The notes beneath the pieces are model-generated. The model saw only the letters and a program-made list of their open reading frames with translations. It did not search any database and had not been told where the DNA came from. Positions 34,701 through 47,800 of a stretch of DNA of 64,000 nucleotides are shown here, piece after piece (position 1 is the first letter of the stretch; each line of letters starts with the position of its first letter). The stretch comes from Amphiscolops sp. MND2022 (Eukaryota), in NCBI GenBank assembly GCA_964187785.1, contig OZ076409.1, positions 94,242,001-94,306,000 on the forward strand, read 5' to 3'. Both the position numbers and the translations under genes were made by a program.

Positions 34701-36956
34701 CTACTGAACGAAATGGTTGTTTCATCACATCATCTAGAAAGATGAGAGTTTCTCTACATTCAAAGCAGTGAATGCAGAAGGTCATTACCACTAACATTCT
34801 CATTCAACTAAGTGCAGAGGTTCATTTTCCCTCATTTAAGTAACAGTTGCTTTAAAGCTTATAGTCCTAGATTCGGATGCTTTCAATAGGACCCACTTCT
34901 TTCGAAACAATATTGATTTTTTTTTCGAAAACTAATGATACAGCTGTTTAACATGCTACCAAAGAATACTAATTCCTAATTTGTGAAATGGACAATAAAG
35001 TCGTGAGAACAACTACCGCTCTCTTTGTTTTAGAAAGTAAGACCGGTAAATTTACATAGGGAGCATGATAGCATTCGTCTCAGCCAAGTTTTTGTTGTAG
35101 GTAAAGCGGGTGACCTCGTTGATCGCGGCGACAACACCTACGGGGGCAAATTTGTCATCAACCCCAGTGGGGGTCTCATCTCTAAGGGTCACCCCCTGGG
35201 TGCCACCGGTATTGCCCAGTGTGTGGAACTGTGCCTGCATCTGAGAGACCTCGCGGGACCTCGACAAGTTAAAGGTACGCTAGTTTTAGTCCTAAAATCT
35301 AGACGAACCCTAGACGAAAACCAAAGAGCTAATTTGAATTGTGATGTTAATTTTTGGTTGAAGTCTTTCTGCAATACGTTGAATGACTAAACAATTCATT
35401 CGAATTTCCATCTTTTTCACTTTGTTAATGAAGAACAAGCCGGGAACGGCCAAAGTCGGCGCTATATCTAAGGCTCAAAATTGTAAAAGGGGGGACCCTT
35501 TGGGCTTTGTGAAACTCCAGTTGGTTCCAAAGTATGAAAAAAATAAAGGGGGACCCTTGAGAGATTTTTGAAAATTTCCGAAAAAAAATTAAAATGAGAT
35601 TTTTGAACAGTGTCACAGTGCCGAAAAATGTAAAAGGGGGGACCCTTTGGGATTTTTTGACATCCATTGTGTTGCAAAATATCGAAACAAACGAGGGGAG
35701 ACCCTTTGGTGGAATCCAAAAAAGTCGCATAGTGCCGAATAAAATCCGAGTGAAAAACACCAAGGGGGGGGTCCTTTGTTTTCGAGGTTCTGGACGTCGA
35801 TGTTTTTGTTTTGGACGAGGTTCTGACGTTTCGAGTATGTTTTGGACAAAAGGTAGTTCAAGTTGATGATGTTGAACAAAAAAGTGGACCGATCGCGTTG
35901 AACTGACTAAAAAAAAACTAGCCACTGTAAGAGTCGTGCATTTTCTTCGAAAACGCCGACTAAAAATGGCACAATGTCGAGAATGCCGCCGGGTTTTGAG
36001 TGAAAACCGGATTAGTTGTTTCAGGTGCCAAGGTAGGTCTGCAGCATAACTTGGGTCTCGGAGGCGCATGCGTAGTGGCGGCCTACAAAAGGGTCAATAA
36101 CCCAACCTCAACTCAAATCACAGCCCCTAAGCTTCGCGGTGGCGCAACTGCATCGAACATCGAGGACGCGAAAGAAGATTATTTCAAAAGCAAAGTCTTG
36201 TTCGATCGAATATCTCAGGAGATGCTGAAACCTGAAAACCGAGACTGGGTGGCCCGTGTGGATGCGACGTACAAGTTTAGAATCTCATCGAAAGTTGGCG
36301 AAAAACAGGTTCTTGGAATCTGGTTTGTCAGCTCCAAAGCTGGTTCCCAACCGTTTGTCAAATTTGGTCATGATGAAAAAGCTGAATGTGTTATCAGCGC
36401 AAAAGATAACGACCTTTATGACGTTATGACAGGAAAACTGGATTCTATGAAAGCTTTCATGGCCGGGAAGTTGAAAGTCACTGGAAACACAATGTTGGCT
36501 ATGAAACTGAAGCAGTTCCAGGGGAAACTGGATAATCTGGAAACATCCCCTGTTGTCATCAAAGAGGCTAAAAAACCAGCTGCATCCGCGGTCTCTCTGA
36601 AATCAGACAAGTTTTTCGGTGAAATTAGGGAGAGTTTGAAGATGGATGCTTCACAAGCTAAGAAAGTAAATGCTTGTTTCCAATTTGTTATCAAGCCAAA
36701 CGATATCAGTAAGCCCGGGATTCTCAAAGTTTGGATTATTGACGCCAAAAGTGAGCCTCCGGCTGTCGAAGAATGCTTTGAAAAGCGGAAGAGTGACTGT
36801 ACAATCGAGTGTTCGGACGATGTTCTTCATGACGTAATGGCCGGAAAGCTGAACCCACAAACTGCTTTCATGAAAAAGATGCTTAAAGTTACTGGAAATG
36901 TGATGCTTGCCTCAAAACTGACCCAATTCACAGCTAAAAGCAAATCCAAGCTTTGA
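22722..36956 (+). CDS. SCP2: Sterol carrier protein X (peroxisomal thiolase plus two SCP2 domains, PTS1), about 683 aa
   Basis: Exons 22722-22931, 24125-24336, 27082-27341, 32166-32301, 33398-33525, 35101-35274 and 36025-36956 sum to 2052 nt. Motifs [43 protein letters not shown] and LQHNLG; terminal SKL. Intron 4 is GC-AG and intron 1 appears GG-AG. Confidence 0.93.
23611..24088 (-). mobile_element. Family-1 Helentron-like element
   Basis: Reverse-complement termini AACAAGAC..AGTCGGCGC..CTAAGGCTC and GCGCCGACTAAAA. Confidence 0.75.
24492..26300 (-). mobile_element. Degraded piggyBac element (transposase remnant)
   Basis: TTAA|CCCT end at 24488-24495. Minus-strand fragments FDNWFCS and [13 protein letters not shown], and a C-terminal Cys-rich [18 protein letters not shown]. 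The other end was not found. Confidence 0.75.
26456..27000 (+). repeat. Direct duplicate of 24359-24894 (flank plus piggyBac end)
   Basis: Diverged copy that includes a second TTAA|CCCT at 26587. Confidence 0.85.
27355..27608 (+). mobile_element. Short family-1 Helentron-like element
   Basis: Both conserved termini are present; it starts about 15 nt after an SCP2 splice donor. Confidence 0.7.
27753..31747 (+). repeat. Complex local duplication with family-1 elements in SCP2 intron 3
   Basis: A block starting TTTTCGTTTTTT..GATGAGGCGC occurs at about 28494, 29169 and 30558. Family-1 3' ends lie at about 28256, 30319 and 31747. Confidence 0.8.
29877..30159 (+). mobile_element. Family-2 Helentron-like element nested in a family-1 element
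   Basis: Copy of 12684-12975. It is inserted in the CCTTTT|ACA motif without a TSD (compare the empty site at about 28091). Confidence 0.75.
32501..33278. mobile_element. MITE with 16-bp TIR and 6-bp TSD
   Basis: CGGATCTCTTTCACTA / TAGTGAAAGAGATCCG with GGCATT on both sides; related partial copy at about 48970-49500. Confidence 0.8.
32659..33103. mobile_element. hAT-type MITE nested in the preceding MITE
   Basis: TIR CAGGGTTGTCA / TGACAACCTTG and 8-bp TSD AATTAGAG (32651-32658, 33104-33111). Confidence 0.85.
34514..34784. repeat. Long inverted repeat / fold-back MITE
   Basis: About 75-bp near-perfect arms (TGACCTTCTG..CATTCACTGCTTTGAATGTAGAGA.. and its reverse complement) plus inner TACTTTTCTACT / AGTAGAAAAGT pairing. 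Confidence 0.75.
35434..35966 (-). mobile_element. Family-1 Helentron-like element
   Basis: Both conserved termini, in reverse orientation. Confidence 0.78.
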
Positions 36957-38274
36957 TGCAAGGATTGTATTAAATGTTGCTATATCAAAGTGATATCATT
37001 GTATACAAAAATTATATATTAATTGGCATAAAGTTTGATTTTTCAACCTTCCATGGTTTTTATGTTGTACAAGCTGTATAGATTCTTTGTCTAGACGAAA
37101 GTTTTGAGCTCTATAGAAAAATACGCAAAGGTAATTTCACTTTGTATAGATTTTTTTCTGAAGGAGCATCAAATAGCAGTTTTTGCGACAGTGATTTTTT
37201 CTGAAGGAATATTAGATATCGTCTAGTTTTCTAGCCTACAGCCTACAATCTCACTCTGAATGGTCCACTTTTTACAATTTGTTCATCTGTTCTGTTGTTC
37301 ATCTTCGACTAAATTTCTGAAGCCGGAGAGCGGGGGTTCGATTCTCGCACTAAACCATAATATTTTTATGCTTCCAGAAGTACAGCAGGTGAGACCAAAG
37401 GGTCCTTTGGGTTTTTTTCGGCACTATGCGACTTTTTTTCGAAAATTTTCGGATTCTATCAAAGGGTAACCCCTTGCATTTTTTTGGAAGTTTTCGGTTT
37501 GTAAAAACGTTTAATGAGCCTGAATGGCCTCTTTTTGAGTTTTTCGGCATTGTGCGACTTGCTAAATACTTTTTTCGAAAAAAAAATTTTCAAAAATTTT
37601 TTTTGAAAATAATTTTTCCAAATGTTTCCAATAGTTGTTCTTTGAATATTTTCGAGCCTTAGATATGGCGCCGACTTGAGACGATCCCGTCTTGTTCTGG
37701 CTTTCATCAACTCGAATTTTGTTTCTTTTGTTGAGAAATGATGGTCCAAAAATGGTAATAAATGCTCAATTGTCGTATTTTGACAGTTTTTAAAAGTATT
37801 TTTCCCAATAAATTTCTATCAATTTTTTTGACAGTGAACTGAACCGAAAGATAACCTTCAGATTGATTTAAGCGAAGCCAATTTTTGAGAATTCGTTTTA
37901 TTTTTGAGAGTTATTGGACCAAAAATAGCAACTTATTGAAATCTTTTGATTTGCAGTTTTTCGAGATGATCAGTCTTGCGTATTTTTGTTTTGATCATTA
38001 GCGGTAGTGATAGCTGAATTACGCTCAGCGGTCAAACCTTAGTTAGAACCAAATTCTTCGCGTTATACCAATCATCTTACTCTATACACGTATTTATCAT
38101 GCTATTGGTATTGTTCAGATCGAATCTTGTATGTTGGTACTTTTATTTGAAAGCTGAAAACTTTAGACCTTGAGGAATTTGAATCCGCAGTATTTTTCTT
38201 CCCAAGAATCCCCCTTAATCCAATTAGACGCGCAATAAGCACTTTTGCTTAAATTTATACGGAAATATTGAGTA

Positions 38275-38735
38275 TTTTTAGTCGGCGCTTTTCTAGAGAA
38301 AAGAGTCGACTATAGTCATGGCTTTTCGTCAGTGTTTTTTTAAGATCACCTGAACTGACCAAAATAGTTCTACCAAAAGTTCTACAAAATTTCAAATTTC
38401 ACCTGTTGGCCCAGGGAACAGAACCAAAAAATTTCCCACATAACATACAATGCCGGACGAGACCAAAGGGTCCCCCTTTCAGTTTTTTTCGGCATTGCGA
38501 AACTTTTTTCCGGAAAAAATTTTTTCCCAAAGGGTCCCGCCTTCAATTTTTTTGGGTTTTGCGACAGACTGGGTATAGAAAAATCTCAAAGGGTCCCCCC
38601 TTTCAATTTTTTGGCGTTGTGAGACTTTCCAAAAAAATTTTTAGTGCTGTAGAAGAGAATACTTTGAAACTTTGATTTCCTTTTGCTATTTTGAGCCTTG
38701 GATATGGCGCCGAATTGGGCCGGTCCCGGCTTGTT
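38275..38735 (+). mobile_element. Family-1 Helentron-like element
   Basis: Both termini are present; it ends about 125 bp upstream of the TBC1D19 ATG. Confidence 0.75.
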
Positions 38736-38859
38736 GTTTGTTGGTTGGGGTTTCGGAATGATTCTTTACTTAAGACGGCTTCTTAAAAAAGTGCCCATTT
38801 GATGGAAAATTCGAGGTCCTATGCAATGAATTGGTTGCTTTTCATTTCCAGACAGACAA

Positions 38860-41800
38860 ATGGCATCGAAAGCATCAGGCACAAATCGTGCACCGGTCAC
38901 CAAGTTATCAGGTTTGAGTGCTTCTCAACTACAATCGCTGATTCAGGAAATTCAACGCAACCTTCATTACTCGAATGTTTACGTGCAATTCAAACAACTG
39001 GCACTCGAGGAAGCAAAAGCGCTCTCTGAGAACGGCGGCGGCAGTGCAATTGTGTCCAACACTCAGTTCGTGAATGACTTGCAGCATAAACTGCAGAAGA
39101 GTCCTCATGCCAAGCTATTGGCCAACAAGATTTACAGAGAACTCAAGTTTTCCAAGTTACACACCTCGGAAAGAGAGGAACCATTGGGTTAGAAACCAGT
39201 TTTCATGGACGAGAGACCGTTAAGTGACATAATATCCGTATTTCGTCTTCCTCATAATAATTACTTTCCGCCCATATGCCATTTCGTAAAGAAAAATTTC
39301 TGAAAGCTGAGGCGTTTTCAGTCGGCGCTTCATGAAGTGAAGCGCCGACTATTATAGTGACATTTTTTTTCAATCCACACGAACTGACCAAAATAGTTCT
39401 CAAAAGTTCTACAAAATTTTATGGTCCCAGATTCAATCATTTGGCCTAGCGAACTGAACCAAAAAAGTTTTTCCTCTTTTTCCGCGTAACATACCATACT
39501 GGGTCCCCCTTTGAGTTTTTTTTGGCATTGTGAGAATTTTTCAAAAAAAATCCCCAAAGGAACCCCCTTCAATTTTTTGATGTTTTGCTACAATGGATGT
39601 TAAAAAATGCGAAAGGATCCCCCTTTTGGCGCGCCAGTTCCGTCGTTTGGGTTTTTCGTGAGTTTGATACTTTTTTGTGAGTTTGATACTTTGAGTTTTT
39701 TGACACTTCATGTCCTTTTGTTATTTTTGAGCCTTAGATATGGCGCCGACTTCTGCCGTTCCCGGCTTGTTTTAAATAATTTTGCCGCTATGGTTTTGTA
39801 CCGAAGATGGAAGTTTTTTACCGAATTCACCAACGAAAAAAATGGTTCGTACGAAACATATGACTGTGGAGAGAAGACTATTTTGAGAAGTTTCAACAGT
39901 GCCTAAAATGAAAACTGCCCCTAAAAGCAAACCTTTCGTAATGGAATTCTGTAGGAATTCTACAAAATATTCTAAAATGAATTTGCTGCTCGCCATCCGG
40001 TTATGACAGATATACTTATCTTCGTGGCATTTTCGTTATTTTTCAGTTCTTCACTTTTTTGATGGGTTCCATTTTTTGTGCTCTTGAGTTGAGTCGAGTC
40101 GTCGTTGGTAGAACTGTAATACTAACGTATGACAAATTTGACAGAGTAGCCCAAATTTGTTTGTATTTGTATGAATCCTATATACATCTCAAGAACCATT
40201 ACCGTTTAAAATGAGGTTATGAATTATGCAGGTTTCATCAAAAGGGCGCAGCTTTTGTGGGAAAAACGGATCCTGAAAAGCCTGAACACCATGTGTACGG
40301 AATTGTCTGTCCCTCTAGCGAGGAGGAGAGGCAAGCAGGAACAAATAGAACTCAAGGCCAGATGGAACGAGATTGGAACAGGTTGGTCTGTTTTATCTTG
40401 AATTGACGACACAAGTATAAAGTAATATCGTGAACAACCGGATTTGCAATATTGTGCAACGAAACACTACAGTACTGTCATTAAGAAATCGTCCCCGTAT
40501 GACGTTCTCAGCCAATCAAAATTGTTTATTTGCTCTCACTTTCAATTTTGATTGCGGCGCATCAACTGAACTTGGGGATCGTCATACAGACGGTTACATG
40601 TCAGAATATCCTAAGTCATAATAACCAATGCCATAATAGCCAATGCCAAAATATCCAACGTGACAAAATAGCCAATGCCAAAATAGCCAACGTGACATAA
40701 TAGCCAATGTTATAGTGTCACTTTGACTGTTTTGGTATTGGTCTATATGGCATTGGCTATTTTGGTCTTGGCTATTTTGGCATATTGGATATTTTGGCAT
40801 TGGCTATTTTGACCTTGGTTATTTTGACTTTGGTTATTTTGTCCTGCCACCCATACAGACGTAATGTAATACACATCTGATTTGCCTATCAGAGCCATAG
40901 TATTGTTTGCCAGGTTAAAATTATTAATCAGAATTATTTGCCAGATTAAATCAATATAGTTATTACCGCCAATCAAAGTGTTACCGGATATCAACAAGTG
41001 ACAATGTAACACTTAATCAAACACGTAATTGTGTCACATAATTGCGTTTTACATGTATGTAATTATTCATTTTCACATCATTTTTCATTCGAAAATTTTT
41101 CATTTTCAAAAAATCTTACTCCATTTAACCTCTCAGCTCCACACAACACATTTCAAACATCTGTTTTATTGATGGAAAATTGTAACTTTACCACAATCAG
41201 GGGTTTGTAAACAATTATTTGTACTGCAATATATTGCAGTATTTAATTGCAATAATTTATTGGAAAGGTTCTTGCAATACAATCATTTATGGGAAATGTT
41301 TTTCAATACAATAAATTACTGGAACTTTCCAGCAATTACTGTAAACGAGTGACTCAGTTGATGCTATACAGAGCTATAGACTCGACCAATCAAAACACAG
41401 CTACGTGCTTGCTGCCTGCAATGCATATTTTCTTCAGCTCGTGTAACAGAACAGCGCATGGCTCCCATTAGTCAAGATCAACCGGTTGTTGATTAATATT
41501 TTAAAAATGAAAGAAACAGCATTTATAGTTGTATTGAATGCAATACAAGTCGAAAACAACTTCCCAAAACTGAGCTAACAAATTTGATGAGCCACATTCG
41601 CAAAGACCACCCAAATTTTAGAGAATTGCACGAAAATTTTGGTTTCGGTACGCCCGGTGTTACCAAAAAAGCTTTGAATTACAGTCGCTGGATCGAAGGG
41701 ACAATTATTGAAAATCGAAAGTATGGTTTCTGTGATAAACTTTTAACTCGAAAATTTACAAACCTGCAGCCAATATCGAACAAGCCGGGAACGGCCCAAG

Positions 41801-44800
41801 TCGGCGCCATATCTAAGGCTCAAAAATAGCAAAAGGACTTCAATGTGTCTAGTATTCTCTTCTACAGTACCCGCGTGAGGAAAAAATTGAAAAAAAATCC
41901 GATTAAAAAAAATTTTTTTCCGAAATTTTTCGGTCTCCGGTAAGTCGCATAGTGCCGAAAAATGTAAAAGGGGCCTTTGGGGTTTTTTGAACATCCATTC
42001 TTCTGCAAAATAGGAAAAATTGAAGGGGGGACCCTTTGGAGATTTTAAAAAGATTTGCGAAAAAAAAGTATCACAAAGCCGAAAAATACCTGTACGAAAA
42101 ATTTTTGGTCCAGGTTGGACTCGAACCCACGTCCTTCTGCTTGGCAGACCTCGAAAAAGCCGTAACCTCTATGCCAAGTGCCAGTAGAAGTTACAAGTGT
42201 GGCAGTTAGTGGATCATGAATATTGTAATAAGTGGACCATTCAGAGTGAGATTGTCAGCTGAAAAAAAAACTACCCACTGTAATAGTCGGGCTTTTTTCC
42301 TTATGGGAAAAGGCGCCGACTGAAAACACCTTGCAGAAATTTATCACACTTTTTGCCCGAGAAGTAGAAAGTGAAATGGAAAAAATGTTTCCTGAAAAGT
42401 TTGGTATGATTTTTGATGGTTGGTCTCATCATGGGACTCATCATTACGTTGGTCTGTTTGGTTTATACGAGTCCATAGACAATCCCGGCATCGCTCGAGT
42501 TCCTTTGGTTGCAATTGCTCGACTTTTGAACGAAGAAGATTTGGGCGCACAAAGCCACATTGACTTTTTAGATGCAGCATTATCAGTTTATCGGAAATTC
42601 TGTGAAAACGTCATTTTCTTGGTTGACAATGGTCATTCTTGGCGACAATGAGCCCAAGAATCGAACATTTTCGAATTTGCTGAGTCTTACTATTATTGGT
42701 TGTGCCAGTCACCGAATGAATTTAGCAGTCAAATCTTACCTCCAAGCCTTTGAAAATCTCGAAAAAATTCATCTTAAATCTGTCAAAAAACCAGGCTATG
42801 TTACGACGCAAGGGAGCGACGGTCTGTCCTGTTACGTTGTAAAACGCGTTGGTCTGGTGATTACGCTATGGTTAGGCTGTTTCTTGAAATTCGAGAATTC
42901 AGTGATTTACTTCCTACGCCACGGGAAATTATTTTGGTTCCAAAAGTGTTCGCTTCGATGAAAAATTTCCAGTCGGTTACATTGAAATTACAGGGAGAAA
43001 AATGTGATCTGGGAGTTGTCCGACAGCTTTTTGACTCACTTATTTGCGATTACTCTATTATGCAAAATTATTTGGCCTGAATGCCGAAATTGTTAACAAC
43101 CGAATTTTTGAAAGTGGAATTTACAAAGTGTGCCTTAGCTAGTTTTTTGACTTGACATCAAATGAAAAAGCGGGCCTTCAAATCTTTGAGAAATCAGATG
43201 AAGTTGAGGTTGAAACCGAAAAATCTTATGCCGAAAAAACGTTAGCTGCAAAAAAGTGTCAAGGTGAACTTTATGGCAACCTAAATTGGATTTCGCCTAC
43301 GTCGAACATGGCAGAATTATACAGTCAAGCCAAAATGGTGGCCTCCCCAATTTGAAGCAGTATGACACCCCTTCACTTGGAAGAACTTTGTTTCCAATCT
43401 CGCCATTAGGAAGAGATTGTATCAAAATTTTACAATTATTTTGACTCCTTCTGGACACCAAGTGGATTCTCAATTTACGATGCAAAACGACGCACCAATA
43501 ACGATTTGGAATCGTATCATATGCAACTGAAACATCTTATCATGACAGAACGCACCAATTTCTGGTTATTTTTCAAGAGATTCCAGCAATTAGCTTCCGG
43601 CAGTGTGGAAAAGCGCGAACGCATCAATTCCGGAAAAATAAAAAGACCACAGAAAACAATGACAGTTTTAAAGAACACGCGGATTGAATGCGTCATCACA
43701 GACTTTAAAAATAAGGTGCCTATTCAATTCGTCGAACATTCAAATCGTCGAAAGATGAAAAGCTATTCAATGCGTCGAAAGAATTCCATATCAGCGATTA
43801 ATTTCATTTGGTTATATTTTGTAGCGATTAGCATATTTGTTGTATGGCTCGGTCGCTTCGCTCCCTTCGCCAAGTAGCAATATTGAGGCATGGCCATATG
43901 GCACGTCGCTCCGCTTCGCTTCGCTCCTGCATTTAGGGCACTAGGAGTATGTGAACATATCTGACTACGTTATCGTAATTTTGAATGCTCGAATTTGATT
44001 GGCCGAAATCAATTCATTCCATTACGTCATATATTGCTCGCTAAAGTAATACGTGTTCGACGAATTGAATGTTCGACGAATTGAACAGTCCCCTAAAAAT
44101 AAGTTGATTTTTTCAGCTGTTACAATCATTATCCCAAATACATGTAGTTGAAGCAGCTTACCTGGAGAGAACTAGTTTACTTGATAGGCGATAGCCAATC
44201 AAATTCAAGCTGCCATTATGAAATCGACGCAGATTGCTTTCAAGTAGAATAAATTGACTAGAACTATTTTACTTTTATTTACATCTTTTGCTGTATGTGT
44301 AATTTGTCCTTTGAATCAAATTCAATCTTCATCGTGATTGGTTCTTCTAGAAATTAGATGTGTATTACATTATGTATGTAGTAGTTGACTCGAGAAATTC
44401 ACGTAAATTGAGGACATTTTACCTTTTGAGCCTGATATTTCGGAAACGGTAGATCATGTTGGAAATCAAAATACATGCATAGATTCAGTAGATTTGTGGG
44501 AGTTAATTGAGCATAAAACTTGCCAATAATGTGGAGAAAGCGATCGAAAATTGGAGAAACTGCAAAAAGTCCCGAATTTGCTCAAAATCAGCTATTCGAA
44601 ACTTTTCTCAATTTTTGTCTCGGAAATTCAATAAATACTAATGTTTAGTGGATGAAGTTCTATCAAACTTCTATTTCTGACGTTTTTCAAAATTTTCAAC
44701 CGATTTCGAGAAGACCTCGGGGACGTTTTCTTAATCACAGTACTGTATGAAACACTTGTGACAAAAGTTTCGGGCGTTTGACATTTTATCCAACTAAAAT

Positions 44801-47800
44801 TGTCGAAAACTACCTGGAATTCGAAAAAATTGAAAATCAGACTCACTAAAAGTTCTTGCAATTGCAATTAAAGTACAATTGAGTTTTTGGCAAAGTTCTA
44901 CCAAACTTTCTTTCCATTCAGGTGGAAGTGTCGTGAAAGTATTGAAATTTTTGAGACTTTTGCCATACTCAACTGATCTTCGAAGAATTTTAAATGTCTC
45001 ATTTATCGAACAAAATTTTCGGAACTTTTTGAAAACTTTCAACTTAGTGGTTTTGTTCAGAAGTTTGTTTTGTAATGTATCATGAACGCTAAGTTTAAAA
45101 ATTCATGGTATCAATACGGATCTCAGATGGATGTCAAGAGTTAGCTTAATCTCTGATGCTTTTCTGCTGCAGGTAACCCCAATCTGGAGCAATACAGACC
45201 CGTGTATGCACCGAAGGACTTCCTTGAAGTGGTGGCGAATTTAGTGAACCCAAACTGTATCAGCAGGCCCGAGGAGTCTGGCTACTGGGGAATCGTACAG
45301 GTACATATGTATATTTGTTTCATTTGTATATATGTCCGATCGTTTGTTTTTTAATCAGCGAAAGTTGTCTTCAGTTGTCAATTCTCTTATGATTTTCACA
45401 TACGTCGACAGGGCAAAGCCTCGAAGAGGTACAGAACCCCATTATCTGTCCTTATTGAATACATTTAACAAGAAGATATTAGTTATGTATTGTAATTATA
45501 TTGTATTCAATTAATAAACGTCCTTTTCGTTCCTTCGAAACAACCAACTCTGATTCAACTTTTGGGTCAGCTTTCTCAAGCACTCAAACTCAAAGTATTC
45601 GGGCCAAACTCATCGCAATGTTGACGTTCATTATGTTTTTCCTACTATGTTCGTATCTGGTGTTGACAATTATCTTTGGTGGTTTCATCAGATTGACATG
45701 AATGTGAAGACGTTTGAGCAGCTGAAGGCAGACTACAGCGACTTGTCACTGGACAAGTGTCAACACGGACTCGATGACCGCTTCCCTAGCAGCCACTTCA
45801 CCTCCGAGAGGGAGAACACTACTCGTAAGATCGTCAAGCAGGGCTACAGCATCATGGGCGAGGTTCGGAGTCTTCTAGGCTCTTCTCTAACCCCCCCCCC
45901 TCCCACCATCAATTTTTTGTGGGGAAATTTTTTTTTAAAAATGAAACTTATTCAATTTGAAGTGAAGTGAAATTTTTTCCATAACAGGAAGTTAACTTCT
46001 ATTGGAATTGTTTTTGTTTGAACAAAACATTTTTCACGCATTTTGACTATAATTATTCATTGTTGTTTTGACTCAAAACAGGAAGCTGTTCATTTCTTCA
46101 TCAAGAATGCGTGACTTCATAGGCAAAAATAGTGTGAACAAAGTTTGTATCTCAATTTTAAACTGTCATCCTGAGAATAAACATGAAAGTAATGGTTTCT
46201 AATTTAGTTCGTCTTTTTATTTAAATATTTCAAAATTTCAGGTGGTAGGGTAGGAACAGAAAGAAACCGTCTTATATTCTGTTGATAAATTTCTAAAATT
46301 TAAATATATCAAACTACCCACGGATTTTTCATGGTTTTTTGGTAGCTGTTCTTGGATTCAAAGCATGGTAGTCCGAGTATCGGATATTAAAATACGTCAT
46401 AATGAGTGTAAGTTTTTCATTAGGCCACGATTGAAATGAAATAAGGAAAGGTGGACGGACCTAAACGTCTCCTGGGCTGCACAGAAATTTTCATCCAAGT
46501 TATTTGAACTCAAATATGTTCCTCAATTGTAAGGGAAGGTAAAGTTCCTTGAAAAGATCACATCATGAATCGGAGTAAGCATAATAATCGGAAAACCTTT
46601 TCAGAATAAGTTCGTCTTTAACCCCTCGAGGAAAGGAAAGTTCCTCAGTAACATCCAAACCGAACGAATACTTCTTTGGAAATACCCAGTTTCTAGTTAG
46701 AGTGGATCCTATACAGATGTGTCCCACATACACGGCTAACATATAGTATTTCATTTGACTCAATGGATTCTACCGCATTTTATTGATGTATTTTTAGTCG
46801 GCGCTTCATGAAGTGAAACGCGACTATTATAGTGGCTTTTTTTTCAATCCACACGAACTGACCAAAATAGTTCTTGAAAGTTCTACAAAATATTATTGCA
46901 CCAAATTGCACTATTTGGTCTAGCGAACTGAACCAAAAAGGTTTTTCCTGTTTTCCCGCGTACCATACCATACCCGGGGAGACCCTTCCAATTTTTTTCG
47001 GCACTGCGAGACTTTTTTTCCGGAAATTTTTTTTCGCCAAAGGGTCCCCCCTTCAATTTTTTCATGTTTTGCGACAGAATGGATGTTGAAAAACCTCAAA
47101 GGTCCCCCCTTTCAGTTTTTCGGCGTTGTGAGACTTTAGCGCGCCACTCGGTCCATTTTTTTTCGAAAAATTTTCGATTTTCGAGTACTGTAAAAGAGAA
47201 TACTTGACACTTGGAAGTCTTTTTGCTATTTTTGAGCCTTGGATATGGCGCCGACTTGGGCCGGTCCCGGCTTGTTTACTACAATTGTTGATCCTACAAG
47301 TGCTCTCTTGAATTTCTCAATGGCTCAACTTCGATATTTTTAACATTTTGTGCTGTTAACATTTTTTTCGAGGTGCCGGGATTTCAGTGGCCACGAATAA
47401 GATTTTTTGTTTATTTTGTTATCAGGTTTGTGGCCGCAGAGGCTGTCCGGTCGGCCAGAGGGCGCATGTGTGGGAAAAGACCCTGGGAGTTCACGTGGAC
47501 GAAGTCGACAGACTGTATTATGCTCAGCTGAAGAACGAAGTGATTCTACACGACCTCATGATCGACAATATTATATTCAAAGACATCAAACTCACGTCTG
47601 TCAACGATGATTTCTTCTTCGTTTTCGAGGACTACCTATATCAGGTTAAATGCAGTATTCAGCTTCAAGTTCTTTCTTCAAAATTAAAAACGGCTAGATG
47701 CATCTCATGCACATCTCGCCAATTCTAACTGTTAGTCCCAAACGTTCGGGGAAGAGATTTTGCTTATCATGCATTTTTTGGTTACGAACACTACAGATGG

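Noticed and set aside
40600..40845. CRISPR-like array
   Set aside because: Tandem 15-bp units without unique spacers, inside a 9-bp-TSD MITE in a eukaryotic genome.
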